Source of the DNA: Candidatus Acidiferrum sp.
GTDB lineage: Bacteria > Chloroflexota > Dormibacteria > CF-121
Assembly: GCA_035602395.1 (NCBI GenBank)
Contig: DATNMH010000068.1
Location: forward strand, 77,416-141,415
DNA length: 64,000 nt
Direction of reading: 5' to 3'
This document shows positions 45,295-54,087 of the stretch, piece by piece (the first letter of the stretch is position 1; each line of letters starts with the position of its first letter). Below the pieces are notes generated by a model, which had not been told where the DNA came from, did not search any database, and saw nothing but the letters and a program-made list of their open reading frames with translations. Both the position numbers and the translations under genes were made by a program.

Positions 45295-46086
45295 TCAGTG
45301 CGAGTTCAGCCAGTTCAGCACGGTAGCGAACAAAAGCTCGTGCTCGAGGTCGACGGTGATCGCGTGGCCCGACCGCTCGAACCAGATCAGGCGCTTGTCC
45401 GTGGAGCCGATCCGCTCGAAGATGTGCGGCGCATTGCCGACGTCGACCGTTCGGTCGCCGCGGCCGTGCATGATCAGGGCGGGGACCCGCACTTGCGGCA
45501 GTTCCTGGTCGAGCACGCGCAGCAAATGCATCAGGCTCTCGATGCAGACCGTCGGCCGCCGGGCATAGCTGTGCAGCAAGCGAACGGCCGAGGGATCGCC
45601 CAGGTCGGGCTCGTCGCCCGGGACGTGCCAACGCACCGCGTACTTGAGTCCGCGAATGATCTTGATCCGCCAATCGCGAAAGTAGGCAGGTGAACCCATG
45701 GCACCCATGGTGATCACGCCTTTGACGTCCGGATGGGTCGCCGCCAGGTGCAGCGCCAGGGTGGCGCCCAGGGACTGGCCGCAGACGAACACATCAGAAC
45801 AGTCACGACGCAGCGCGACCAGCGCCTCTTCCGCCGAACGCACCCAGTCCGGCCAGCGGGTCGCGGCCATTGCTTCGGGAGTTAGCCCATGGCCGGCCAG
45901 TAACGGTCCCATGACGTCGTAGCCGCCAGCGGCGAGAAACTCGCCCAGTCCCCGCATCTCCGGTGGCGTCCCCGCGAAGCCGTGGATCAGCAGGCATCCG
46001 CGAACCCCGCCGCGGATCCGGAAGGGCTGAAGTTGCTCCGGCTCGGCGGGGCTGCTCCACACGGATTGGGTACGAACGGCCATCAA
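45295..46086 (-). CDS. Carboxylesterase (alpha/beta hydrolase, YvaK/Est30-like)
   Basis: LLIHGFAGTP, GQSLG, HGRGDRTV, SGHAITVD. Confidence 0.88.
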   Translation of the reverse strand: MMAVRTQSVWSSPAEPEQLQPFRIRGGVRGCLLIHGFAGTPPEMRGLGEFLAAGGYDVMGPLLAGHGLTPEAMAATRWPDWVRSAEEALVALRRDCSDVFVCGQSLGATLALHLAATHPDVKGVITMGAMGSPAYFRDWRIKIIRGLKYAVRWHVPGDEPDLGDPSAVRLLHSYARRPTVCIESLMHLLRVLDQELPQVRVPALIMHGRGDRTVDVGNAPHIFERIGSTDKRLIWFERSGHAITVDLEHELLFATVLNWLNSH

Positions 46087-46199
46087 GTTCGCAGTCTATC
46101 GGTCCGCAAGTTCGTCAAGGCGCTCCCGGTTATACGAGCCGGGCGAGGTTTCGCCGTCGGTCGGCAAACGGGCGACTGAACCTGGGGGTGAGAAAGCGG

Positions 46200-46520
46200 A
46201 TGGCGATTGTCGGGTGGCTCGTTGCGTTGTTGCTGGGCATTGGCTTTGCGCTGTTTTCGGTCGGTAACCAGCAGGCGGCGACGATCAATCTCCTCGGCGC
46301 GACCTACCGGGACATTCCTACCTGGGTCGTGATGCTCGCCTCGGCCAGCCTTGGCGCCCTGATCGTCATCATCATCAGCCTCGTTGAACGCGTGCGCTGG
46401 TTCATGGCAAGCCGCTTCACCAAGAAGGTGCTCGCCGAGCACAAGAAGATGATCGTGCAGCGGGACAACCGCATCAGCGAGCTTGAGCAAGAAGTGCTCC
46501 GGCTTCGAGGGGCTGCCTGA
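46200..46520 (+). CDS. LapA/DUF1049-like membrane protein
   Basis: Two TMs around FSVGNQQAATINLL..., C-terminal coiled coil. Confidence 0.7.
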   Translation: MAIVGWLVALLLGIGFALFSVGNQQAATINLLGATYRDIPTWVVMLASASLGALIVIIISLVERVRWFMASRFTKKVLAEHKKMIVQRDNRISELEQEVLRLRGAA

Positions 46521-46527
46521 GCCGACC

Positions 46528-46947
46528 ATGACCCTGAAGGCCTGCCCGCAATGCGGGTACCGCTATAACGCGCCCGAGAACCAGACGTGCGGCAAGTGCA
46601 AGGGGTGGCTTGGTGGCGTCGCGGCCGCAACCGCGGTGGCGCCGCCGCCGCGCCGGTCGCTCATCCCGAACAGCATTCCGGAGTTCGCCTGCTACTTGGC
46701 CGTCCCGATCGGGGCGTTGCTGGGCTTCCCGAACCCCATCGGCGCCACCTTTGGCCTGCTGATGGCCACGCTGCTGATCAAGGTCGTTCGGCTCGACATG
46801 GAGCGATTCTCCAAGGGGTTGCTGATCGGGATTGTGATCGCGGGTGTCTTCTTCGTGTACCTGGTCTTCCTGCTGGTCTTCGGCTTCATCTTCAACCTGC
46901 TTGAACCCGTCCTTCAACCGCTCGTAGGGCGCATCTTCAAGCACTAG
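46528..46947 (+). CDS. Zinc-ribbon membrane protein
   Basis: CPQC...CGKC N-terminus followed by 3 TM segments. Confidence 0.7.
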   Translation: MTLKACPQCGYRYNAPENQTCGKCKGWLGGVAAATAVAPPPRRSLIPNSIPEFACYLAVPIGALLGFPNPIGATFGLLMATLLIKVVRLDMERFSKGLLIGIVIAGVFFVYLVFLLVFGFIFNLLEPVLQPLVGRIFKH

Positions 46948-46962
46948 GCGGGCCTCCCCGCC

Positions 46963-48219
46963 GTGAGGCGCCCGCTGGTCCATGCCGCGCTGGTGCTCCT
47001 GCTCGTGATCAGCGCCGTGCCGGCGATCCTGGGACCAGGCCCGAGCCACCGATCGATGGCGCTGGTGCTCGTGACGCCATCTCCCAGTACATCGGTGCGG
47101 GCGACTCCGGCGCCTACTCCCACTCCGGCCGCGGACCCCCGCCCGGCACCCCTGTCGCTCGACATGGCCGTCGGCCAGATGATGGCGGCCAGCTTCGGGG
47201 GACCGAACGTCACCGACGGCCTACGGCGTCTGATCCTGGACGAGAAAGTGGGCACGGTGCTGATCTTCGGCGACAACTTCACCGACGCCGCATCGCTCGG
47301 CCGGCTCACGGTCGAGCTGCAGGCCCTCGGACGTGAGGCTGGCCTACCGGCGCCGCTGCTGGTCGCCGTTGACGAGGAGGGCGGCCGCGTGATGCGCATT
47401 CACGACGGTGTCGCCGCGCTCCCGTCGGAGCTCGCGCTCGGGGCCGGCGGCCCCCAGGCGGTGCGCCAGGCGGTGGCGGCCACCGCCACCGGGCTGCATA
47501 CGCTGGGCATCGAGCTCGATCTCGCGCCGGTCGCGGACCTGCGCACGAACCCGGCCGACGCCGTCATTGGGGATCGCTCCTACGGCGGGGATCCGTCCGT
47601 CGTTGGACCGCTGGTCGCCGCGGCGGTCACGGGGCTCCACGACGGCGGGGTTGGGGCGACGCTCAAGCACTTTCCCGGGCTTGGTGGCGCCGCCGGTGAT
47701 CCGCATTCCGCGATGCCGACTGACGGCGAGAGCCTGGACCAGTGGACCGCAACCCAGGCTCGCAGCTTCCAGGCTGGCATCGATGCGGGTGCGGACGCGG
47801 TGATGACGACGGCGGTAGTGGTCCCGGGCCTCGACCCGACGCGGACTCCGGCCGTCTTCTCGCGGGCCGTCGTGACCGGGTTGCTCCGCGATCGCCTCCA
47901 CTTCCAGGGTGTGATCGTCACCGACGGCCTCGGGATGGGAGCGATCACGACGCTCTACGGGCTTCCCGATGCGACGGTCGCGGCCGTCCGTGCCGGCAAT
48001 GATCTTGTGCTGCTCAACAGCGCCGACGCCGCTTACCAGGCCTCGGCGATCGAGGCGGTCAAACAACAGGTCCTCGCCGGCGGCATCCCGATGGACGAGG
48101 TGCAGGCGTCCGCCGCGCGCGTGATCGCGCTGCGCGCTCGCTGGCCGCGCTGGGCGCCCTCATTGATGGACGTGTCGTCGGCCGCGCCCGTGATCGATCT
48201 GGCCTTCAGCCGTCGCTGA
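46963..48219 (+). CDS. Glycoside hydrolase family 3 N-terminal domain protein (NagZ-like beta-N-acetylglucosaminidase), exported
   Basis: VAVDEEGGRV, DLAPVAD, RSYG, KHFPGLGGAAGDPH, VTDGLGM. Confidence 0.88.
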   Translation: MRRPLVHAALVLLLVISAVPAILGPGPSHRSMALVLVTPSPSTSVRATPAPTPTPAADPRPAPLSLDMAVGQMMAASFGGPNVTDGLRRLILDEKVGTVLIFGDNFTDAASLGRLTVELQALGREAGLPAPLLVAVDEEGGRVMRIHDGVAALPSELALGAGGPQAVRQAVAATATGLHTLGIELDLAPVADLRTNPADAVIGDRSYGGDPSVVGPLVAAAVTGLHDGGVGATLKHFPGLGGAAGDPHSAMPTDGESLDQWTATQARSFQAGIDAGADAVMTTAVVVPGLDPTRTPAVFSRAVVTGLLRDRLHFQGVIVTDGLGMGAITTLYGLPDATVAAVRAGNDLVLLNSADAAYQASAIEAVKQQVLAGGIPMDEVQASAARVIALRARWPRWAPSLMDVSSAAPVIDLAFSRR

Positions 48220-48221
48220 CG

Positions 48222-49151
48222 TCAGCGGCCCAAACGGTCGATAATCTTGGCCAGGTTCTCGAGATCTTTCTCGAAGACAGTGAGATAGCTCAGGCCGAAG
48301 CGTTCGCGCCGCTGCTCGAGGGTCTCGGCTACCTGATCAACCGAGCCGATAAGGACCAGTGGCGTTTCGAACACCTCGTCAACGTCCATCCCATATTCCT
48401 TGGCCAGCGGTGCCGCCGCGTTCCGCGGGTGGTCCGTGATCACGACCGTTTGCACCAGGGTGTTCAGCTCGATGTCGGAAAACCGAGCACCGGCGGCGTC
48501 TCGAATCCACGCCAGCTTGCGCGTGAACGCCTCCGGGCTGGCGTCCGCGTCTTCGAGGCCGGAGCCATCCCGGCGCGATCGGGGCATGATGCTGATGATG
48601 TCGGCCTCGTTCGCGGCCAGCGTCAGTAGCCGACGGCCGCCGCCACCAATGAGAATCGGCGGATGGGGTTCCTGCTTTGGCTTCGCGCTTCCCGTTAGCG
48701 CGGTCAGGCGGTAGTGGCGTCCCTCGTAGGTCAGAGGCGTGGCGTTGAAGAGCGACTTAACGACCCGCAGCGCCTCCGCCATTCGCGCGACCCGCGTTCC
48801 GCCATCGTCGAACGGAAGGCCGGCGGCATCGTACTCGCTCTTCAGCCAACCGGCGCCCAGACCGAACTCGAAGCGGCCGTCCGTCAGCAGGTCGATCGAG
48901 GCAATTTCCTGGGCGAGCAGCGCGGGATGGCGGAAGTCGTTGTCGTACACGAGGCTGCCAACCCGCAGCGTGGACGTGGCCTCGGCGGCCAGCGCGAGGG
49001 CCGGCGCCAGCGCGAACCTCGGCCCGAAGTGATCCGGCATGAGCAGCGTGTCATAGCCCAGGGTTTCGACGTGCCGCGCGAGTGACATCCACTCCGTCTT
49101 CGATCGCGCCCGGCTTGCGCTCAGGCCAAATCGAAACGGTCGCAGCGTCAG
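48222..49151 (-). CDS. LLM-class (probable F420-dependent) oxidoreductase
   Basis: PDHF, LVYDNDFRHPA, GRFEFGLGAGW, ILIGGGG; conserved RPFRFG N-terminus lies upstream of ORF-track start 49088, implying a CTG start at 49151 or 49145. Confidence 0.88.
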   Translation of the reverse strand: MTLRPFRFGLSASRARSKTEWMSLARHVETLGYDTLLMPDHFGPRFALAPALALAAEATSTLRVGSLVYDNDFRHPALLAQEIASIDLLTDGRFEFGLGAGWLKSEYDAAGLPFDDGGTRVARMAEALRVVKSLFNATPLTYEGRHYRLTALTGSAKPKQEPHPPILIGGGGRRLLTLAANEADIISIMPRSRRDGSGLEDADASPEAFTRKLAWIRDAAGARFSDIELNTLVQTVVITDHPRNAAAPLAKEYGMDVDEVFETPLVLIGSVDQVAETLEQRRERFGLSYLTVFEKDLENLAKIIDRLGR

Positions 49152-50035
49152 TGCTCGCTCCGGTGGATCGCTCCGTCGCTGGAGGTCGGCAGGGTCGAGG
49201 CCTGCTGCGGACGAACCAACCAGTTCAGGGCGTTGACGTAGGCATTGGCGGCCGCCTCGACCACGTCGAGCGCCGCGGCCCGCCCGACGACGACCTGCGA
49301 TCCCTGGCTGAGGGTGACGACGGCCTCACCGAGCGCGTCGCTGCCCTGGGTCGCCGCTGCCAGACTGAAATCCTCGAGCTCCGCGGGCACGCCCGTGACC
49401 TGCTGGATGGCGCGGAAGACCGCATCGAGGGTGCCATTGCCGCTGGCACGACCCGAACGCACGGCGCCCTCATCGCTCACGGCAACCTCGGCGGTGCTCG
49501 AGACGCCACTTTGCGCGTTGACCTGTACATCCTTCAGGGTGAACCGGCCCGGCGTCGCCCGTCCGAGCGCTTCCTCCACAGCGAGCTTCAGATCCTCGGC
49601 GTAGAGCACCCGCTTGCGCTCGGCCAGGCTGAGGACGAGTGAGTACACCGGGCCAAGCTGTTGCTCATCCAACTGCATGCCCATCGCTGCCAGCTCCTCG
49701 GCAAGGCGCCGCCTCCCCGCACTGGTGCCGACCTCGCCGAGCTGTGGTGCGTACCCGATATCTGCCGGGTCGATAAACGCCGGAACCAGGGACTTCGGCC
49801 GCCGCGGCGGGCTGAACACCGTGGTCGGAAAGGCGGCCCGAACCTCATCGATCCAGCGCTCCCACCCGGAGTAGTCCATGGTCGCCAGCATCGCGACATA
49901 GGCATCGAACCGAACCAACAGCGCCGCCGGTTGATCGTGATGTTTGATGATGAGCGTCGTGCCGCTTTCCTCCAGCGCCTTGAGGATCGGGTCGAGGTTG
50001 CGGGCGAGTTCGGGAGCGGAAATGACTTTGAGCAC
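49148..50035 (-). CDS. Phd/YefM-like domain fused to the LeuA (2-isopropylmalate synthase) C-terminal subdomain II plus allosteric dimer domain
   Basis: GTG 50035 with TACGAT at 6 nt; ISAPELARNLDPIL...LIIKHHDQPAALLV (Phd-like); IDPADIG...SAGRRRL...AERKRVLYAEDL and SGNGTLDAVFRAI...DFSLAAATQGSDALGEAVV...DVVEAAANAYVNALN (LeuA-like). Confidence 0.8.
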   Translation of the reverse strand: MLKVISAPELARNLDPILKALEESGTTLIIKHHDQPAALLVRFDAYVAMLATMDYSGWERWIDEVRAAFPTTVFSPPRRPKSLVPAFIDPADIGYAPQLGEVGTSAGRRRLAEELAAMGMQLDEQQLGPVYSLVLSLAERKRVLYAEDLKLAVEEALGRATPGRFTLKDVQVNAQSGVSSTAEVAVSDEGAVRSGRASGNGTLDAVFRAIQQVTGVPAELEDFSLAAATQGSDALGEAVVTLSQGSQVVVGRAAALDVVEAAANAYVNALNWLVRPQQASTLPTSSDGAIHRSEH

Positions 50036-50092
50036 GACGCAATCGTAGACCGGCTCTCCACGATGGTCAAACAAGAATCGATGAGAGGTGTG

Positions 50093-51247
50093 ATGATTTC
50101 GGCGATCGCAAAACGCGCGGCAATCGGCGTGATATTGATGGCGACCGCGGCCTGTCAGCAAGGGCCGGTCGCGCCGACGGCAACCACGCCCACCCCGTCA
50201 ACAAGCCCTCGGGCGTCCGCCCTGGGCGCCTGTCCTGGTGCCTCAGCCTCGCCAGGCCCGCAGGTGCTGCTGCAAAAGCAGCCGGCGCCGGATGACCTCG
50301 TCTTCGGCAACGATGGCCGCCTGCTGTTCAGCGATATCAAGACGGGTGCCGTCTCGGCCTTGAATGCGGACGGGTCCGTCGAGCGCCTCGCCGGTGGGAT
50401 GGCGGCGCCGGAAGGCATCGTCGTGCAAGCCGACGGGCGCATCCTGGTGGGCGAGCAGGGACGCAACCGCGTCGCGGCGATCGACCCTCAGACGCACGCC
50501 GTTACCCTGTGGCATGCGTTTCCGAACCGGACCGGACGCGACGGCCTCGACGGCATCGGCCCGATTCTCCCGAGCGGCGGCGTGATCGTCCCCGACAGTC
50601 CGAACGGCGTCGTGTGGCGTGTCACCGCCGATGGCAAAACGGCGACGCAGATCGCGAGCGGCATGGTGCGTCCGGTCGGCGCCGCGGTCGATGCGTCGGG
50701 GCGGATTTTCGTCGCCGACGAAGGTGGCGCGCTGTGGGTTCTGACGCCGGCCAGGGGTCGCTTCGCGACATTGTCGACGCCCGATGACGTGCTCGTCGCT
50801 CGAGCCGGGCACATCTTCGTCAACACGCTCGGGGACAACGCTATCCACGAGCTCGATGCCCAGGGACACCAGGTCGGCGTCATCACCGGTATCCAGCAAC
50901 CGCAGGGCATCGCCCTCGATGACGCCGACAACCTTTACTACACCGAGTTCAACACCGGGCGGATCGACCGCGTCGTCCGGACCTTCGTCCTCGATGCGCC
51001 TACGGTGACGCATACCGCTCGAGGCACCTACATCATTTGTCCCGTTGTTCGTCGCGCGGCCGGCTTCAATGCTCGGTTAGGGCTTGAGACCGGTTCGAGC
51101 ACCGAGACGGCAGTCCTCCAATTAGTCCAACCTGGCGCCGATTCATCGGGGGCGCTCGAAGTTCGCACAACTAAGTCGTCGATCACCATTACCGTCAGCG
51201 ACGGCGGTCTTCTTTCACAATCGCAGACAGTGTCATTGTCGCCATGA
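50093..51247 (+). CDS. Lipoprotein with NHL/SMP-30-like beta-propeller
   Basis: Lipobox TAAC; repeats APDDLVFGNDG, APEGIVVQADG, RPVGAAVDASG, TPDDVLV, QPQGIALDDAD. Confidence 0.8.
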   Translation: MISAIAKRAAIGVILMATAACQQGPVAPTATTPTPSTSPRASALGACPGASASPGPQVLLQKQPAPDDLVFGNDGRLLFSDIKTGAVSALNADGSVERLAGGMAAPEGIVVQADGRILVGEQGRNRVAAIDPQTHAVTLWHAFPNRTGRDGLDGIGPILPSGGVIVPDSPNGVVWRVTADGKTATQIASGMVRPVGAAVDASGRIFVADEGGALWVLTPARGRFATLSTPDDVLVARAGHIFVNTLGDNAIHELDAQGHQVGVITGIQQPQGIALDDADNLYYTEFNTGRIDRVVRTFVLDAPTVTHTARGTYIICPVVRRAAGFNARLGLETGSSTETAVLQLVQPGADSSGALEVRTTKSSITITVSDGGLLSQSQTVSLSP

Positions 51248-51313
51248 TCAGGCATTGCGCTTGATCGAGGCCGCCTCCGTCATGAGGCAGAGCGCTTCCT
51301 ATACTTGGCTCGT

Positions 51314-52450
51314 ATGCCGATGACGAAGGGTGGTCTCGAGGATGTCGTTGCAGCGACCTCGACGATCTGCGACATCATCGGTCCGCTCGGCAAGCTGACC
51401 TACCGGGGCATCGACATCCATGACCTGGCCCGTAACTCCTCGTTCGAAGAGACCACCTATCTTCTGTGGTTCGGGTCCTTGCCAACGCGCGCGGCGTTGC
51501 ATGAGTTCAGCGCCCAGGTGGCGTCCCACCGCGCGCTCCCCACCCAGGTCCTGACGATCATGAAGGACTTTCCGCGCAGCGCCACCCCCATGGATGCGCT
51601 GCGGACGGCGCTGTCCGCCCTGGCTTTCTATGATCCGCAGGCGCACGACCCCTCGAGGGAGGCGAACATCGAGAAAGCGATGCGGGTGACGGCGCAAACC
51701 GCGACCATCGTCGCCGCCTACGAACAGATCCGGCGCGGCCGCCAGCCGGTCGAGCCGGAGCCCGATGGAAGCCACGCCGAGAACTTTCTGCGGATGCTGT
51801 ACGGCGCCGAGCCCGACCAGCTGTTCGTCAGCGCGATGGACCTCGCCCTGATCCTCCACGCCGACCACGAACTGAACGCGTCCACGTTTGCGGCCCGCGT
51901 GACGGCGGCCACGTTGGCCGACATGTACTCGGCGATGGTGTCGGCGATAGGCGCCCTCGCCGGTCCCCTGCACGGCGGGGCCAACGAGCAGGTGATGAAG
52001 ATGCTGCAAAAGATCGGCGAGCCGTCGCGGGTCGAGGCCTACGTCACGGAGACGCTCCAGGCCCACCAGAAGATCTCCGGCTTCGGGCACCGCGTCTACA
52101 AGACCGAGGACCCGCGCGCGACCCACCTTCGCCGCATGTCGAAAGAGCTCGGCGAGCACATCGGCAACCTCCGCTGGTACGAGATCTCGCGCAAGCTCGA
52201 GGAGGCCGTGATGCAACAGAAACATCTCTATGCCAACGTCGACTTCTATTCGGCGTCCTGTTACTTCACGATGGGGATCCCGATCGACATGTTCACCCCG
52301 GTCTTTGCGGTCAGCCGGACCGCCGGCTGGGCGGCGCACGTGCTCGAGCAGTACGCGGACAATCGGCTGATCCGGCCCCGCGCCGAGTACCTCGGCGAGA
52401 AGGACGTGGCCTACGTGCCGATCGACCGCCGGGTCAAGGCCGCCAGCTAA
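51314..52450 (+). CDS. Si-citrate synthase / 2-methylcitrate synthase (short dimeric type)
   Basis: LTYRG, HADHELNASTF, GPLHGGAN, GFGHRVYK.EDPRA, NVDFYS, SRTAGW. Confidence 0.93.
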   Translation: MPMTKGGLEDVVAATSTICDIIGPLGKLTYRGIDIHDLARNSSFEETTYLLWFGSLPTRAALHEFSAQVASHRALPTQVLTIMKDFPRSATPMDALRTALSALAFYDPQAHDPSREANIEKAMRVTAQTATIVAAYEQIRRGRQPVEPEPDGSHAENFLRMLYGAEPDQLFVSAMDLALILHADHELNASTFAARVTAATLADMYSAMVSAIGALAGPLHGGANEQVMKMLQKIGEPSRVEAYVTETLQAHQKISGFGHRVYKTEDPRATHLRRMSKELGEHIGNLRWYEISRKLEEAVMQQKHLYANVDFYSASCYFTMGIPIDMFTPVFAVSRTAGWAAHVLEQYADNRLIRPRAEYLGEKDVAYVPIDRRVKAAS

Positions 52451-52559
52451 GGATTCGCCCGATCTCCGTTATATTTATGGCGCTCGTGGAGCCCATACTC
52501 GACAGAGGAGGTCGTTCGAACTCGTCCTACTGCTAAACGCCTCACTTCAGCCGCTGAAT

Positions 52560-53051
52560 GTGATCAGTAAGCGGCGGCTGGTCGTCCTGCTGACCAAGCA
52601 GCGCGTCACGTTTATTGACGACGCGGCCCGGCAGGCGGTCGAGCAAGCAATGGCACGGCGTTGCTTTGGTGCGGATGTCGTCATCGTCCGGCTCCTCTCG
52701 AATATCCAGATCCCTCGTCGCATGCTGCGCGCCAACCGGCGCAACCTCCTTTTGCGGGACGACGGGATGTGCCAGTACTGCGGCAAGGGGATGCCCTCCT
52801 CGCAGCTCTCGGTCGATCACGTGGTCCCCACCTCGCGCGGCGGGGCAGCCAACAGCTGGGAGAACCAGGTGATTGCCTGCCGCCGTTGCAACGGGCGGAA
52901 GGGAAACCGATTGCTAAGCGAGGCCGGCATGCGGCTCATCCGGCCGCCGCGGGCGCTAACCCAGGAATTCGCCCACCTGATCTTCCTGCGCTACCCGCAG
53001 CTCAAGCATGCCTATGACCGGCTGCTCTCCAGCGCCCGCGCCGCCGTCTAA
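52560..53051 (+). CDS. HNH endonuclease (McrA-like); conserved N-terminus extends upstream to about 52521
   Basis: RRNLLLRDDGMCQYCG, SVDHVVP.SRGG, WEN.VIACRRCNGRKG; in-frame upstream VLLLNASLQPLN. Confidence 0.9.
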   Translation: MISKRRLVVLLTKQRVTFIDDAARQAVEQAMARRCFGADVVIVRLLSNIQIPRRMLRANRRNLLLRDDGMCQYCGKGMPSSQLSVDHVVPTSRGGAANSWENQVIACRRCNGRKGNRLLSEAGMRLIRPPRALTQEFAHLIFLRYPQLKHAYDRLLSSARAAV

Positions 53052-53120
53052 GCTCGATCGACGTTCGCGCCGGGTTTTGCTGCGGCTGAAAGGATTGACG
53101 AGCGCGAGCGATTCTCCGAT

Positions 53121-53693
53121 GTGCCCTTTCGCCTGTTGGGCTTCGCGACGGATCCAGACAAGGCCAGCAACCTTTGCGGAGGTACGTTCGCCCGATATGC
53201 CGCGGCCGGCGCCGAGGTCACGCTGGTCTGCGCCGCCGCCCACGACTGGAGTGGGAGGGACCTTGCGACGTTGGCCCGCCAATTGGGCGCCGGCAACCTG
53301 ATCTTGCTGGACTACCAGTCGAGCGAGCTGACGGCTGCCGGCCTCGGAGGCGTCTTCGCGGATGTGATGCGAAGCGTGCGGGCTCACGTGGTGGTCGCGG
53401 AAGGCTCCAACGCCGCGGTCAGGGAGGCGACCACGTCGGCGTTTTCGACCGTTCGCCGGACAGCGGGCGGCTCCGCGGCGCTGCCGGCCAAGCTGTATCT
53501 CCGGCCGTCCGGGGCCCCGGGGAGCGTGGCGGTGACCACCGCGATCGGGGTTGGGCCGCAGGCGACCCCCGAGCTCTTCGTCCGGGTCTTTCCCAATCCG
53601 TGGGTCACCGGGGTATTGGAGCGGGACCTCTTCGCCGGCCTGACGGCCGATCCCGGGACTGCCGCTACGCTCGCCGAGCGGCTCGCCAGCTAG
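53121..53693 (+). CDS. Degenerate PIG-L/MshB-like deacetylase fold (metal ligands lost)
   Basis: LLGFATDPDKA (for AHPDDE), GGTFARYAAAGAEVTLVCA, C-terminal ERDLFAGL; no HxDH. Confidence 0.55.
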   Translation: MPFRLLGFATDPDKASNLCGGTFARYAAAGAEVTLVCAAAHDWSGRDLATLARQLGAGNLILLDYQSSELTAAGLGGVFADVMRSVRAHVVVAEGSNAAVREATTSAFSTVRRTAGGSAALPAKLYLRPSGAPGSVAVTTAIGVGPQATPELFVRVFPNPWVTGVLERDLFAGLTADPGTAATLAERLAS

Positions 53694-53760
53694 CCAGACG
53701 GGAGATTTTCATGATAGTCTTAGTGACACGTTACGTACAAACGTATTCTAGGAGGAAAGT

Positions 53761-54021
53761 ATGAATTTCATCGTCTTCTTGATCATCGGCGGCATCGCGG
53801 GCGCCCTGGCCGGGCGCGTGATGAGTGGCCACGGTTATGGCATCTTGATGGACGTCGTGGTCGGCGTCATCGGCGCTTTTATTGGCGGCTGGCTGCTGTC
53901 CACGATTCTCGGAGTCAGCACCGGCGGCAGCCTGATCATCAGCTTCATCGCGGCATTCCTTGGCGCCGTGGTGCTGTTGTGGGTCATCCGCCTCGTCACC
54001 GGCAACCGCGCTCGCGCCTGA
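53761..54021 (+). CDS. GlsB/YeaQ/YmgE family (transglycosylase-associated) membrane protein
   Basis: IIGGIAGALAG...DVVVGVIGAFIGG...AFLGAVVLLWV; AGGAGG RBS. Confidence 0.92.
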   Translation: MNFIVFLIIGGIAGALAGRVMSGHGYGILMDVVVGVIGAFIGGWLLSTILGVSTGGSLIISFIAAFLGAVVLLWVIRLVTGNRARA

Positions 54022-54039
54022 GCGAAATTCGGCAGCGTG

Positions 54040-54069
54040 AAGCGGGCGCCCGTGGGCGTCCGCTTTTTT
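54040..54069 (+). terminator. Intrinsic terminator
   Basis: AAGCGGGCGCCC-GT-GGGCGTCCGCTT followed by a T-tract. Confidence 0.8.
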
Positions 54070-54087
54070 AGTCGGGCAAGATAACCC

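Noticed and set aside
40585-46520. Defence island from clustering of UDG-like, RmuC and histone-like genes
   Set aside because: Genes are interspersed with ordinary metabolic and membrane genes and show no shared mobility or compositional signature, apart from the single 40788 cassette.
49148-50035. Type II toxin-antitoxin module
   Set aside because: No Doc, RelE or PIN toxin adjacent; the Phd-like domain is fused to a LeuA regulatory region and followed by an LLM enzyme.
52505-52530. tRNA fragment (GTTCGAA T-loop-like)
   Set aside because: No cloverleaf; the sequence is the SD and N-terminal coding region of the HNH gene.
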